From Lama glama (Eukaryota): a DNA stretch of 64,000 nt. Positions 1-12,553 of this stretch are shown piece by piece. Location of the stretch: contig CM052817.1 in NCBI GenBank assembly GCA_028534125.1, positions 57,724,001 to 57,788,000 on the forward strand, read 5' to 3'. Under the pieces are notes generated by a model. The model did no database searches. It saw nothing but the letters and a program-made list of their open reading frames with translations, and was not told the DNA's origin. Position 1 is the stretch's first letter. Each line of letters opens with the position of its first letter. A program made the position numbers and the translations under genes.

Positions 1-480
1 TGATACCAGAACTCCTAAGTTCTGATTACTTACTCAAGCTTGTATCCAAGATTTCAAGGTTATTTGCCAAAAGACGCTTTCCTAAAGCACAACATGAAGG
101 GATTTTATGAAATTCTCTAATAGTACTAAGGATCACAAAGACTGTTCAGAAAAAATAGTCATCTCTATAAAAGTCTGTAGATACAAATACAGCAACCCCA
201 GAATTAGAACAGTAAAGAATACTTAGATGTTAAGGAGTCCTCTTCAAAAATACACTTAGATTTGTGTAATAAACCCAACCTGGAGCGGGGACCCTAAGCA
301 TGTTTTGCTGGTTCTGTTAATAATTAGTTAAGTGTTGCCCAGGTCACTTACTTAACTGCATTGGGCTTCCTTACATCATTTGTGAAATGATGGGGAATGA
401 ATAATTGCATTTTTAGCTTCCCCCAGCTATGCCACTCTATTAATTGAGGTTATCCTCCCTCTCACTAACTAGAGACTTTT

Positions 481-660
481 TAAAATTAAGCTTTTTGTTT
501 TGAGATAATTGTGGAGTCACACATAGTTGTGAGAAGTAACACAGAGAGATTCCATGTGCTCTTTACCCAGTGTCTTCCAAAGACAATATCTCATAAAAAT
601 AGAGTACACTGTTACAAGTGGACTAGTTACATTGATTCAGGTAAAATATAGAACAGCTGA
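481..660 (-). mobile_element. Old LINE-1 3'-end fragment (L1MC-like)
   Basis: ttttgagataattgtggagtcacacatagttgtgagaagtaacacagagagattccatgtgctctttacccag resembles the antisense 3' end of L1MC-type elements (recalled consensus); boundaries approximate. Confidence 0.6.
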
Positions 661-1266
661 CTATAGCTTTGATTCCTTAATATTTATCAGGTAAAGGGAT
701 TATAATTTGTGGAAACATACATATGTAAAGTGTGTTTTATATGCTTGATATGTTTTAATTCTGAATGTAGACCACTTTACATGAGGCCCAGCTGAAAGTG
801 GAAGCATCAGGTTTAAGGTCTACCTGACATAACAGCCCTCATTCTTTCTCTTCTATTACAGCATGCTGCCCCTGAAAAAATCTCCATGTCTTTGTCATTG
901 CTTTCATTATATTAAGTTGCACTACATATATAACTGGCAATATATGGACATCTATTTCTATCAGGAAAACTTTGCTTATGGGGCTTTGCAGAGCCACAGA
1001 TCTAAGAAGATTTAAAACATGTCCAGGTCTAGGTCACCCAGCCCACCAGCCATTTAGTCAGGATTAAATTCACAGTTTCTGTCTTCTGGACTCCTGCCTG
1101 TCTTTTTCACCTTTTGTACCACAGCCTCATTCTCTGAGTGATAAATGATGGCAAAGCACGGCAGAGAAAGAAGCAAGGACACTTTTGAAGGAGTCATTTG
1201 TATGTTTCAAAGGAAGAAAAGTAATTTTACAATAAAATGTGCTCAGATACATTACTTACTTATATT

Positions 1267-1268
<2 letters not shown>

Positions 1269-1302
<34 letters not shown>
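1269..1302. repeat. (AC)17 microsatellite
   Basis: Perfect dinucleotide run read directly. Confidence 0.97.
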
Positions 1303-1304
<2 letters not shown>

Positions 1305-1890
1305 TATCATGAAAATATAAATGCAAAACTGTAAACCATACTATTCGGACAGTCTTCTATCATCACCCTCCCAGTCTTCTGGGGTAGAAACACTTAAGAC
1401 CTTCTGCGCCTGCAGGGACTCAGAGTGCATGTGTGCCTCAGCCCCTTACAAGCACAATATTGGAGTAACAACTTATACAACAAATATGACTTGTCTGTCT
1501 GCTAAATGTCAGAATTAGAACACTGGAGGCAAAAAACAGCCCCTGTGCCCTTTGTAAGGTGGGGTACAGAATTTTAATAGTTATACAGATAGATATATAC
1601 TTAGATGCTATATGCATTTTGAAGGGAATCCATGTGGTATTATGATAATGCATAAAATGGCAATTTAATCAATTCTGAGAGTCAGAGAAAACTCTTTAAA
1701 GAAGTAACATTTAATAAGAGAACTGAAAATTGAAAGGAGATTTTCCACCAGAAAGAAGCCTTGTGGCCCCAGGGGTGGTTTCATCTGAATGCTTGCCCGT
1801 TCATTTACCACCGAGTCCTTAACTGGAGTTACCAGCTGTAACACTTACACATCGCCTTCCATCCTGGTGACAGTTAAGTCCCAGACTGAC

Positions 1891-2402
1891 TGTACTAGTC
1901 AGGGCTTTCCAGAGGAATGGGAGCAATAGGATACAGAGAGAGAATATAAGAGGAGACTTAATGTAGAAATTTGGTTCCTGTGGTTATGGAGGCCAAAAAT
2001 TCCGAGAATCTGTCATCTGTAAGCTGGAGGACCAGGAAATTCAGTGGAATAATTCAGTTTGAACCCGAAGACCTCAGAGCCAGAGGACCCAATGGTCTAA
2101 GTCCCAGAGTCTGAAGGCCTGAGAACCAGGGGCTCCAGTGTCTGAGGGCAGGAAAGATGGATGTCCCAGCTCAAAAAGAGAGCAAGCGTTCACCCCTCCC
2201 TTTCCTCTTTTATTCTATTCTGGCCCTTATAGGATTAGATGATGCTGGCCCACTTTTGTAAGGGTGGATCTTTTTTAACTGTTGATGGAAATGCTAATCT
2301 CTTCTGCAAACACTCTCACAGGCACATCTAGAAACAATATTTTACCAGTTATCTGGGCATTCCTTAGGGCAATCAAGATGACACATAAAATTACCTGTCA
2401 TA
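1891..2402 (-). mobile_element. MLT2-family (ERVL) solo LTR
   Basis: Starts tgtactagtcagggctttccagagg..aataggata and ends gatgacacataaaattacctgtca, the characteristic MLT2 termini; internal gaaggcctgagaaccagggg and gatggatgtcccagctc blocks. Confidence 0.8.
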
Positions 2403-3007
2403 TTAACCAAATGCCTGTCATTCACTATCAAGCTCTTATCTTTGGGACCCAAGGTCACTCTGTCTCACGTCCTTATTTTTTTCAACTGTCACTCAAATGT
2501 AGACTCCTGGTATTGAGTAGTGCTTTGTCTTATTTTCATATCAATATTACTTTATACTTCCATTTTCTGACTCCACCTCTCTCTCCTCTATTCTCCCTAA
2601 GTTCCTTAGCCCTAAGTCTTCCATTCCATTATTAATGAACTCCAGAGATCCTAAAACTCTTTACAAAATATTTTGTGCACTTTGGAGTTAAATGAAATCT
2701 TGTTTTCCCTAGAAGACCTTGATTGGCCTTTTCTTCTTTCAAGCAAATCTGCATATTCTCTCCTTTCTTATCTCTGAGTTGAGAGGCAGCATCTGAGCAT
2801 ATGTGTACTCCTCTATCATATTTATACCCTTTATCTTCTGCCTTTTTCTAAAAATTATGTGTCATTTCATGGTTCATGCCAACTCCTAGGTGATCTCCAC
2901 TTCTTTTAGGGCTAAAGAACAACACAGAAGCTTTTTGTTTGTTTTAATGATGTTTAGTTCTTTTCTGTAGATGCCATGGTCTAACTCCAAAACCCTTGGG
3001 ATTTATG

Positions 3008-3790
3008 CTGTGAAATTCCTCCAGGAGCTTGCCAAAAATTCCACACGAAGTGTTTTTTTCCACCTCAAATGGTGGCTCACGTTTTTAAGTCAAACTGTGA
3101 AAGACCTGAGATGCCATTCTCCTTGTGTGTTAACAAGTTAGCTGGCCTTCTCTAACTATCTACCTACCTACCATCTTTCTACCTAATAACAGAAACTGCA
3201 GACCTCTGGATGAGAGAACAGACGGTTTACGCACAGAGCATCCTAGCAGTGCCCTAACTCCCCTTGGGGCAACACAGTGAGGGCTAGAAATCACTTGTGC
3301 ATGCAGTGGTTGCCCTATGGAAGAGGAACCCTGAAATTAGGACAGCTAGAGCTTGTAGGGCAGCTGACCCATCTGCCTTCTTCCTCTCCAGAGAGAGACT
3401 TCTCTCTGAAATATAAACAAATTTTCTTCAGGGAGGAGAAGAAAAAGTCCCTAGCTTTTTTTCACCACTTTGGGATATAAACAAATGGTCCCAGGGAGGG
3501 GATATATTTTTAGGGTTGCTATTCAGTCATCCTTTATTCAGAAAGCCAGGACCATCCAGAAATGTAAAAATAGGAGTAGTTTCACAGGTCTCTGACCCAA
3601 GTGGGAGAACTGCTTTCACAGCAGCTTGGATGGACTGCAGGGCACTTTCCTGCCCTAGATCCCGCTCAAGTTTGGCAACCTTTCCTGACACCCACTACAG
3701 GTCAGAGCACTCTTCTTATCAAGAGAATATTCTGCTGTAGACACAGAGATGGTTTCTTCTCAACTTTCTACACACCTAGGTCCTCTTAGG
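3008..3790. mobile_element. ERVL-class LTR (MER74/MER73/MER54-like), adjacent to the ERVL internal region
   Basis: Shares blocks (aacaagttagc, gaagaggaaccc, agagagagacttctct) with the LTR-like element at 50800-51292; family and ends approximate. Confidence 0.45.
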
Positions 3791-6340
3791 TGTGAGATGC
3801 AATAATCTTGTAGAAGATGTTTCAGCATGGCCCAGACCATTGGACCCCCTCAAAACTTGACCATTATGGCTGGCCCTGATTCTTCATAGCATTTATCTCC
3901 TCTCCTCTGGAGTTCACGCATTTAACCGAAAGCTCTAACACATTTGCAACTTCTTGTTCATCTGGTTCTATTAACATGATGTCATCCATTTAATGTACTA
4001 ATGTGGTGGTCTGTAAATGTTCAGATAGCTCAGATCTCTTCCAAATATATTATGAAAGATGACAGGAGAGTTAGTATAGCCCTGAAGCAGGACCATAGAA
4101 GTATACTGCTATCTGTTCCAAATGATCGCAACTTTTTTTTTAATCCTTCTCCTTAATAGGAATGGAAATGAAACCCTTTGCTAGATCAATGACCACACAC
4201 CAGGTATCTAAGCCCATGTTAATTATCCACATCCTGCAGAGCACACAGAATTCATCTGCTTGACTAGTGAATTAATTTGGGATATAGTGAGGACTATCAC
4301 CCCTGCATTCTTTGAGACTTTAATTCCTGCCATTCCCTCCAAGATTCAGTGTTGTTTGATTTACTAACCTGGCCAGTGGGAGTGGAGTGGGATGGTAACT
4401 GTTTCAGATGCTTCCATATGGCCTTCCCCACTACAATATAACCTACTAATCAGGAGCTTATGTGGAGGTTCTAAGAACAACCAAGTGTATCCATACTAAT
4501 GATATATTCAGGGCCAGGTAGCAGAGAAATGATCAGTGGGTGGTCCTGGGGACCCAGTGATCTCCCTGAGCCAACCTGGGATAGGGTTGTATTTATTATA
4601 TGCTTCATATTCCTGAGCATCAAGTTAACTCAGACCCAGTGTCTAACCTTCTTTGAAATATTTCCATATTCCCATCCTCTTAGCATATTGTTACTTGAGT
4701 AAATGGCTACAAGTTTCTTTGAGGAAAGACTGTGAGGATCATTCTTCTACATACATGCTCACTTTCATGGTTTTGCAGGGTCCTTCCTCCTGAAGACTTC
4801 AGTCAGCTTGTTTCAGATCTGCAAAATGGCTCAGGTCCAGAAACTGGGCAAGTATTTGAAATATTTTATTGGCAGGTGCCCTCAGCCTTCTTTCTTGAAT
4901 TCTCTTGATTACATGGATCGAGTAATACCCTTGTTGGTTACCCATCTAGGTTGATTCTAGGGAAACTATGTTTAGTAACCATTTCCATGGTGCCCTGTGA
5001 TTCGGATCCATCTCTGCCACTCCAACTTTGCAGCTCATTGAGTTCACTGTAACAGCTTGACCTTGAGTTCACTGTAACTCCTGACAGTCAAGTGCTACTA
5101 CCTGGCTTCTACTATTTTAGAATTCTGTCATTCCTAATTCTATTATTGAGCCTAGTTATAACAGAATCTCCTGCTGTTTCCCCCATTTACAGTGGAAAAG
5201 TCACCACTGAATTTCTTCATAATGCTAGTTCCCCTCTCACTGGCACATAATTTATCACTTTGGTAGAAGTATCCTCCAACTCCACCCATGGAACATGGTC
5301 AGCTGGTAGATTTTCTAACTTTACATAGATAACCATCTAGCATATCTACTTCTGCCATCTGCTACTGCAGTTATTTCATTTCTATTTTACTTACTGTGGG
5401 CCAATGCTCTCTCCAAACTTATAAGTGTCATCCAAGTTAAAATTATAACCATATAATTAGCATATTAAGAGTTAGCATATTAGCACCATCTTCTGAGGTC
5501 CTTGCCAGATTATTAGATTCTGTATCATGGGAGAATACCCTTATGCCAATAAACTCTTCATTTTTCAGCCTTCTGTTCCATCCAGGCCCCCTACCCAACT
5601 TCACAGACTGGCACTCTCAGTATCCAGTCCCACATATCATTTTCCAGGCTTCTGCTGATATGTGTTGGGGAAATCATGCAACCTTTTCATGATATAGTCC
5701 ATTTCCTCTCCTCCAGTCCCAGCACTTCACTGTCCATGTTCTGTTGTGGTGTGATGCTACTTCTTGGTCTGGTGGCTAGGAAAGGAGAGGGGCTAGATTC
5801 TTCTGGTAGGATGGGGGTACAATCTAGAGGCTGCTGCATTGTCTTCCAGCAAGGGAAAACTGGGACCTTTTGATTCCTCCTCTAACAGGGAGGTGTGGAA
5901 ACATACTGTACATCAAGAGGGTTCAAGGGGATCTGAAGCTTTAATAATCTCTACCCACATGACCCCACCCCATGTCTCAGAGTCTTACTGCTGTCCAACT
6001 AGAGCCTTGACTTGATGTAGCTGAGACTTCAGCCTTCTTTAGAGATGAGCTACTGGCCCAGATCCTCTGCTTTTTCTGTCCTAGACTATAAAAGATAAAG
6101 AGTTATTTTATATGTGGCCTAGGAGGACCTCTGACTTTCACATTTTGCTTTTGATTTGTGAAATTACCCTCAGCCTTTCAGTGTCTTTCTCCAGTGCATC
6201 AATTACACTCAACAAGAGCCATCTGATTCCATTGTCCTTCTAATTATTATTTCTGAACTTTCCAAAAGCCTGAACAGCCCATGCAGTTCCCTTTTCTGGG
6301 GTTTCATCCATTTCAACTGGAGAAAGTATAATAATGATTA
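3790..6340 (-). mobile_element. Decayed ERVL internal region (gag-pro-pol remnants)
   Basis: Minus-strand translation gives the protease motif LDTGSELT (4623-4646) and RT motifs QYTSMVLLQGYTNSP (~4066-4110) and TLVH*MDDIMLI (~3970-4005), matching ERVL LDTGSELT / VLPQGYxNSP / YIDD; multiple stops. Confidence 0.85.
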
Positions 6341-8349
6341 ATTGCATCAAGCTTCATTCTGTTTTCTTATTTGATACCTTTCTTTTTCACTAAGCAAAAT
6401 TCAAACTGAATTGTAAGCCCCTACTTCAGTGTTGGGCACAATATAATTATTTATTAAATATGTAAACATTAGATTTCTTATAGGGGCTGTGTGATGATTT
6501 TCACTAATTCCAATAATTTATTCCTTTTTAAGCGTATACAAATGGAACAAGGGCTGATTTAAATAGCTTATATATTGGGATTGGATTCTGTCTATTGGAA
6601 ATAGTTTGCAGCTAAGCCAATGGTTATTGCTGATCTAAAATCTGCCTGGTGTGATGTGTCAGGGTCTGATGTAGATGGTTGCAGGCCATAGCCTTTGCTC
6701 AAGCTTATTGGAAGTAGATATTAGGATTCTTGACAGAAGCCTTTCTGCATATAATGAAATAAGCTTCAGTCATAGTTCTAGGTTAAAATTAGAATCAACG
6801 ATGTCAACATTAGTTGTATCAACCATATTATTTACATGGAGAAGTTATTTTATTTATACACACACACAGACACATACATATACACACACACACATTTCCT
6901 ATTAAAATTTTTAAATTGAATTATGACTTAAAATGGATACCAGCAAAATTCTGGAAATGTTGCCTTAACCTGTGGAACAGAATGGAATCTGTTTTCATAG
7001 CCTCTTTTGTCTATACTCACAGAAACCTCTGCCTTTTCTTACCAGTATAATTCCTTTCAAGGCAGAATGGCATGCTCTTATGGAGGGAATGCCATTATAG
7101 CTAGTTTTTGTCCTTGAGGGTGATGGTCAAGGTCTCCAAGTTTAATTGATTTCCTTCTTCTAAAGAAAGACAAGAAAGATGGAGCTTTGTGGAAAATCCC
7201 TGGTGTTTGCACACATGTCATTTGCCAATGTGCAAAACAGCCCAGCTTTCATCTCCTTGCCGACATCCATGCTTGGTTCCTGTCTTCTGTGCACTGCTGG
7301 TATCTGGCCCCAAATCTAACACACCAGTGAATGTACAAAGGAATCTGTTGTATTTTTTGTCATTTCTGTTCTTGCTTGAGCCCCACTGACGCTGCTGCAG
7401 CTCAGCAGTCAGCTGCTCAGACAATGAGAGCCTGTCTCTTCATCTTGCAATTTCCTGCTTTCCATTCCCAACTCCCATGATACAACAAAAGGAATTCATT
7501 AAAGGAGTTAAGTGCTTGGTTATTATCAGAGGAGGAAAACAAATTTAGCTATTTTTGACCACAGAGGTCTCTCACAACAGCCACTCAAGTCAGCTTTTTC
7601 GTGACTTAACAGTCATCATAAAGAATCAGCCATAATTTCTACCAGTCACTTCATTATGCCAGCATAGAACGGGCAGAAGAGTAACTATGATTTGTGTTTA
7701 AAAGACCAAGGACAAATTATGTAATTATTTGAAGAACTCAGTGTTTCCTTTTATTCTTTGCTTCTTTATGTGCCACTTGTATAATCACTGAATTTCTTGG
7801 TAAGTTCTGAATGTAAAAGCAAGTAAGGCTGATACGTGATTATTTTTATGGAGAGCAAATAAAAGACTTTCTTTGTTAACTTCAACAGTGACAGAGTAAA
7901 ATTCTTTAAAAGCCGTCAGAGATGCTAATATCCTGTACTGCTTAAAAGGAAACTCTAGCTTATTCCTAAAAAGACATCAAACCCATGTAATTTTGATACA
8001 TATGCTAGTATATAGAAAAGTTATGATATTCTTTTATGATACCACTAAGTTTTCAACTTTCTATCAGATTTAATAGAGTTGAATGATTACATTCCACATG
8101 AAAAGAACAAAGAGAAAAAGAGAAATGTTAAAGCCTATTGAGCTGACTTTTTTTGGTTGTTTAGGTATATACTTATATAAATAAAACAGAATGCATTTTG
8201 TCATGCTTCTCTCTGTGTATTACAAAGGAAGACTGAGCATGTATTTTAGTTGTATCGCTGAACTGGGAAATAATCTGCTCTTAACTGGTAAACAAAAATT
8301 CTCAAAGATACAATCATCAACTTTGATAATCATTAAAATTTAACTAGGT

Positions 8350-8815
8350 CAACTCTCACTCTTTTCTTTTTGGCTGTAGGAAATAGCTTTTGGGTTAGTG
8401 TCCAGCTGACAACCATTCTCCCTCTTTGGAAACTGCCTCTGATAGAGAAGAGGGTCTGCCTTGGTCCTGGCTGTGCTGTAGAGGCCACTTCATCTGCTGT
8501 AGTTGGTTGGGTCAGAGGTGGACACCTCATTTAACCAGTAGCCATTATACGATCCCAGGAATGTAGGAAGTTGAACTGAGAAACACAGAGGCTGTGAGCT
8601 GCTGGTAGTTGAGTGGTATTCATGGCAGTGCCCCAACACCTGTAAACTCCAGCAACTAGAACCTGCTCTGATACCTGCTTTAGCTGAGACCCAGTTATTT
8701 AGCTCTAGCTAAGCCTTTGTGAGATGTGCCAGTATCTTCCTAAGAGTATATTCACTTGCGTAATCTGGCTCCAGTTGGTATCCATTACTTGTAACCAAAT
8801 GAAACTCAATTAATG
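8350..8815 (+). mobile_element. Old MaLR (MLT1-family) LTR
   Basis: 3' end ccattacttgtaaccaaatgaaactcaattaatg resembles the MLT1H-L terminal motif; 5' boundary uncertain. Confidence 0.5.
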
Positions 8816-10178
8816 TATTGTCTAATTGTGTAATGCATATACAATTGTTTTCACATTGTAAATATTAATGCCATTGTACATTTCTCCTGCCTACTAAGAA
8901 ATGTACAACAAATATTTTTCTCCAAAAATTTGTACTCAAATTAGAATTCTTGCATAAACCATTATGAAACAAAATTTCAAGGGTATCCATATTAGAAAAC
9001 CTATCTTTTAATATTTCAGTTTATTGAATATTACTGACAAAATATGCCCTCAATCAAACTATACAGAAGGTAATCAGTCAAAATCTGATTAATTTAAATA
9101 AATTCAGTTGTTATATTTTTGGATAACTATATTCTTAGAAAGTTTATTTCTACTGCTCAGTATACCACATTAATTTTTGAGAATTCAGTGCTCTAATGAC
9201 AGCAGTGTAAAAGATAGTTGTTAAAGGACACAGTGTCATAAAAATGAGCATTTTAAATAATATTACTTGTGTAACAGATTTTTAACAAAAGAGATTCTCT
9301 AAAAATATTCATAATCCTTTTTTAAGTGTACATCCTCTTGCCATTTTATAAGTAAGGAGTAATATCAGCTTCCAAAGCAACCTTAAGGCAACATAAAAAT
9401 AGCATTTTATAATGAGGTATCAAGTAAGTGATTCCCCATCTCATTTACTACACACACGAAAGCCAGTTATCAAAAATTCATCTTATTCTTGGTGGATAAA
9501 GTAGTAGCTATTTTTGTCCTTTGTTCCCTTGTGTGATTGTCAGCTTCTTCTATTCCTGGAACAAATCTTCCCAAATGCATATATGCAGTCTCATGACCAT
9601 CATGGCTGCTCCATGAATATTAGGGAATGAATAAGTCTTCAGACTCACCTCTCTGGGAGGCTAATGAAGAACAGATGCGGCAAAAACAAGATGGTGCAGC
9701 TAGAGCAGAACACAGAAGCTATGAAACATTAGTGTGGGCAAAGGGAATGCAAGAAAAATACCAGTTGTCAGTTTAAACGGAGTCCGTGGATATAATTGAG
9801 CAGCTGATAAAGTAGGTAGGAAGGAAAAGGATGACGTGCAATCTTACTTTCTTTCTTTAGTTACAGCTGTGATCCTTGTGGAAATAAAATGTGTTTCAAA
9901 TTCACTATAAGGAACACCAATCATTTTGGTCTCTACAACAGTAGAAGCAGATCCATAGAATATTGAGCTTTAGAAAGTATGACACCATAGATCCATTATA
10001 CTCAAGTTTAATTAGTGTAGAGTTTGATTCTTTTCAGTTCTGTGAGTTTGTTTTGACGTAGGGTTACAGTGTATTAAACTTCAAATTCTAGTAAACTGAC
10101 ATGTAAAATATTCTTGGCTATACTTTTCACAATCTACACAGTTTCACCAATGATTCTATAATTCCTGGAGCTTGAGGT

Positions 10179-10182
<4 letters not shown>

Positions 10183-10210
<28 letters not shown>
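10183..10210. repeat. (CT)14 microsatellite followed by a T run
   Basis: Read directly. Confidence 0.95.
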
Positions 10211-10217
<7 letters not shown>

Positions 10218-11997
10218 CCCTTGTCTGTCTTTTACTGTTCTGATCTGGTTTTGTTTGGTTTTTCTATATACTTGCTGACTAGCTAGGGAAGAAATAGTAA
10301 GGATCCTGGGACAACAGAGCCAGGCAATATATTTTTCAAAGGTAATTTGCCCAGATGATGAAAGAATAGGTGAAGACTTACTCATCCAATTGAGACCTAC
10401 CGGTCAACTTAACCAGTTGTGCAAAACTATGGTTATTGCTCATTGCAGAGCAGAATGGCACTGCTTTACTCAATAAAACTTGGTTGATTTGAATTGAATT
10501 ACAAAATCCTCACTTGGTTATCAGTCACTGAATATTTGGTCAGGGAGTGCAATCTCAAATTATCATTTCCCCAAGTGTTATCCTTAAACTATTGGAACTG
10601 ACAGTGCTTCCTAAAGAAGTTTCCCTGGGTAGGTGAGTTTTTGAAACACTATGTCTTACATTACACGCTTAGAGATGAACAATGCTCAAACTGTAAATGG
10701 CTCTGAAGAACAGTGTAGTATGGAAGTTTAGTTTATCCATCCAATTGTTTTACCTCTGTTTAACTCCCTAGAAACTAGTCTTTTATAGAATAAATTTTAT
10801 GAAAATAAGAATTTAGTCAGTCATTCTAATATGTCTGGTAGTACAATATTATTCTTTAATTACTTAACCTCTTTTGAGTCATATCTAATTTAGAAATGAA
10901 GACTATAAATGCATATTACTTGCATATTGCATAATGGAAATTGCATATTATTTAAGGGTGGTTCTTAAAATTCACCACTGGCACCATGTTAAGAAAACCT
11001 GAAACTTTTGGTTCACTCACAATTTAAGCTCCCCTTTTGGTACTGCTACCATAAAATACATTAGCTGTTGATTAAAATTTTGCAGGGTTTTACTACTGCC
11101 CTTTGCTTAATGGACTGTGTGCTGTTTGCCCTTGTCATGGCCCTTTTGAATCACCTGCAGTTGGAAAGCTAAAGACATTATCAGAGAGCCAAGAATAAGG
11201 AAGCCAATGTTGATTTTTTTTACCCTTGTATATATTCTGAACTAGTATTTAGGAATATAAAATTTTGAATGCATTTCGTTCGTGGATAAAGTTCAGAGAT
11301 GTATTAGAATTTCCTTACTCCATTTAAATGACTGATATTCAGAAGCATAATATTGAGCAAGTTCAAGTCTGTAAAAAAAAAAAAAAATTCTGAGCTTTGT
11401 TGTAGCCTAAAGTGCAAAGTGCAGAATATATTTAGTGTAAAGTCTATTTCAAATATATTTTAATAGTTTTTTCTATTATTTTCCTTTTCTTCCATGTAAG
11501 TTAAGATGATGTAAATAAATGAATAGATTTTCCTTTACAATTTAATTTAAATTTCTATGTCTATGTATGTCTTACTGAATCAAAAGGCATTTTGAAAATT
11601 ACTAAATTTTCTCCAACACAATGTACAAGAAGGTATTTCTGCATTGATAATGAAGTTGGAAACTATTCCAAACATTTTCGTTGGTTTCTTTTGCTCTAAC
11701 TTCTTACTGTTTAAAGTTTTGTTTGTTTTTGTTTCTATTCTTCTCTTTTTATAATATTCACCATAGTAAAATAAGGAATTACTATACTTTAAGCCCAAAT
11801 GTATATATTTATTTGGCCTGCATATTTACTTGAATAATATTTATATCATTTAAATTCTATTACACCTTACTGTTAAAAATTTGGCTTTTTCTTATAACAT
11901 TGAAGATGAGAAAATGGAAATGATATGTTAAGAGTAATTTAATTATAGTGGAGTTCATCTAATCGTCGTAACAAAGTCTAGTAATATCATTATTTCT

Positions 11998-12127
11998 TTT
12001 TTGTATTTTGTGGGGGGAGGTAATTAGGTTTGCTTATTTATTTATTTAGTGGAGGTACTGGGGACTGAACCCAGGACCTTGTACATGTTAGGCATGCATT
12101 CTACCGCTGAGCTATACCCTTCCCCCC
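11998..12127 (-). mobile_element. tRNA-Ala-derived camelid-type SINE (Vic-1-like)
   Basis: Minus strand reads GGGGGGAAGGGTATAGCTCAGCGGTAGA..GGTCCTGGGTTCAGTCCCCAGTACCTCCA (Pol III A and B boxes), then (TAAA)n, AAACCTAATTACCTCCCCCC and an A-rich tail; flanked by the imperfect TSD agtaatatcattatttct (11980-11997) / agtaaataccattatttct (12128-12146). Confidence 0.9.
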
Positions 12128-12529
12128 AGTAAATACCATTATTTCTAGTTTACATCTAATTTTCAGAGAGAAAAGCTATTTCCTAGGGTCACATAACTAG
12201 AATGTGGTTGAACTATAACCTAAACCTAGGGATTCTTATTTGAAAATAGTCAACATGTTTTTTTTTTTTAAATAATTTCAGAATAACTGTCAGGACAAGT
12301 TTAGGGGATATTGTTGTTGAAATAAATAAAAATTTGCCTTTAGAGAAGCATACTCCTGAGGTTAAAGGCACAATAATGAGTGAGTTTGTACAAAAATAGG
12401 GATCAGTTTCTTTTTTATACTTTTGTATCTAACTCTTGTCTTCATTTTCCTTTGCTTATTGCCTATGTCCTAGGATCTAGATCCATGGCATGTCATACAG
12501 GATAATGCTTACATAATTTTTAATGTATT

Positions 12530-12553
12530 ACACACACACACACACACACACAC
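12530..12553. repeat. (AC)12 microsatellite
   Basis: Read directly. Confidence 0.95.

Noticed and set aside
12050..12127. tRNA-Ala gene
   Set aside because: The tRNA-like head continues into a SINE body, A-rich tail and TSD
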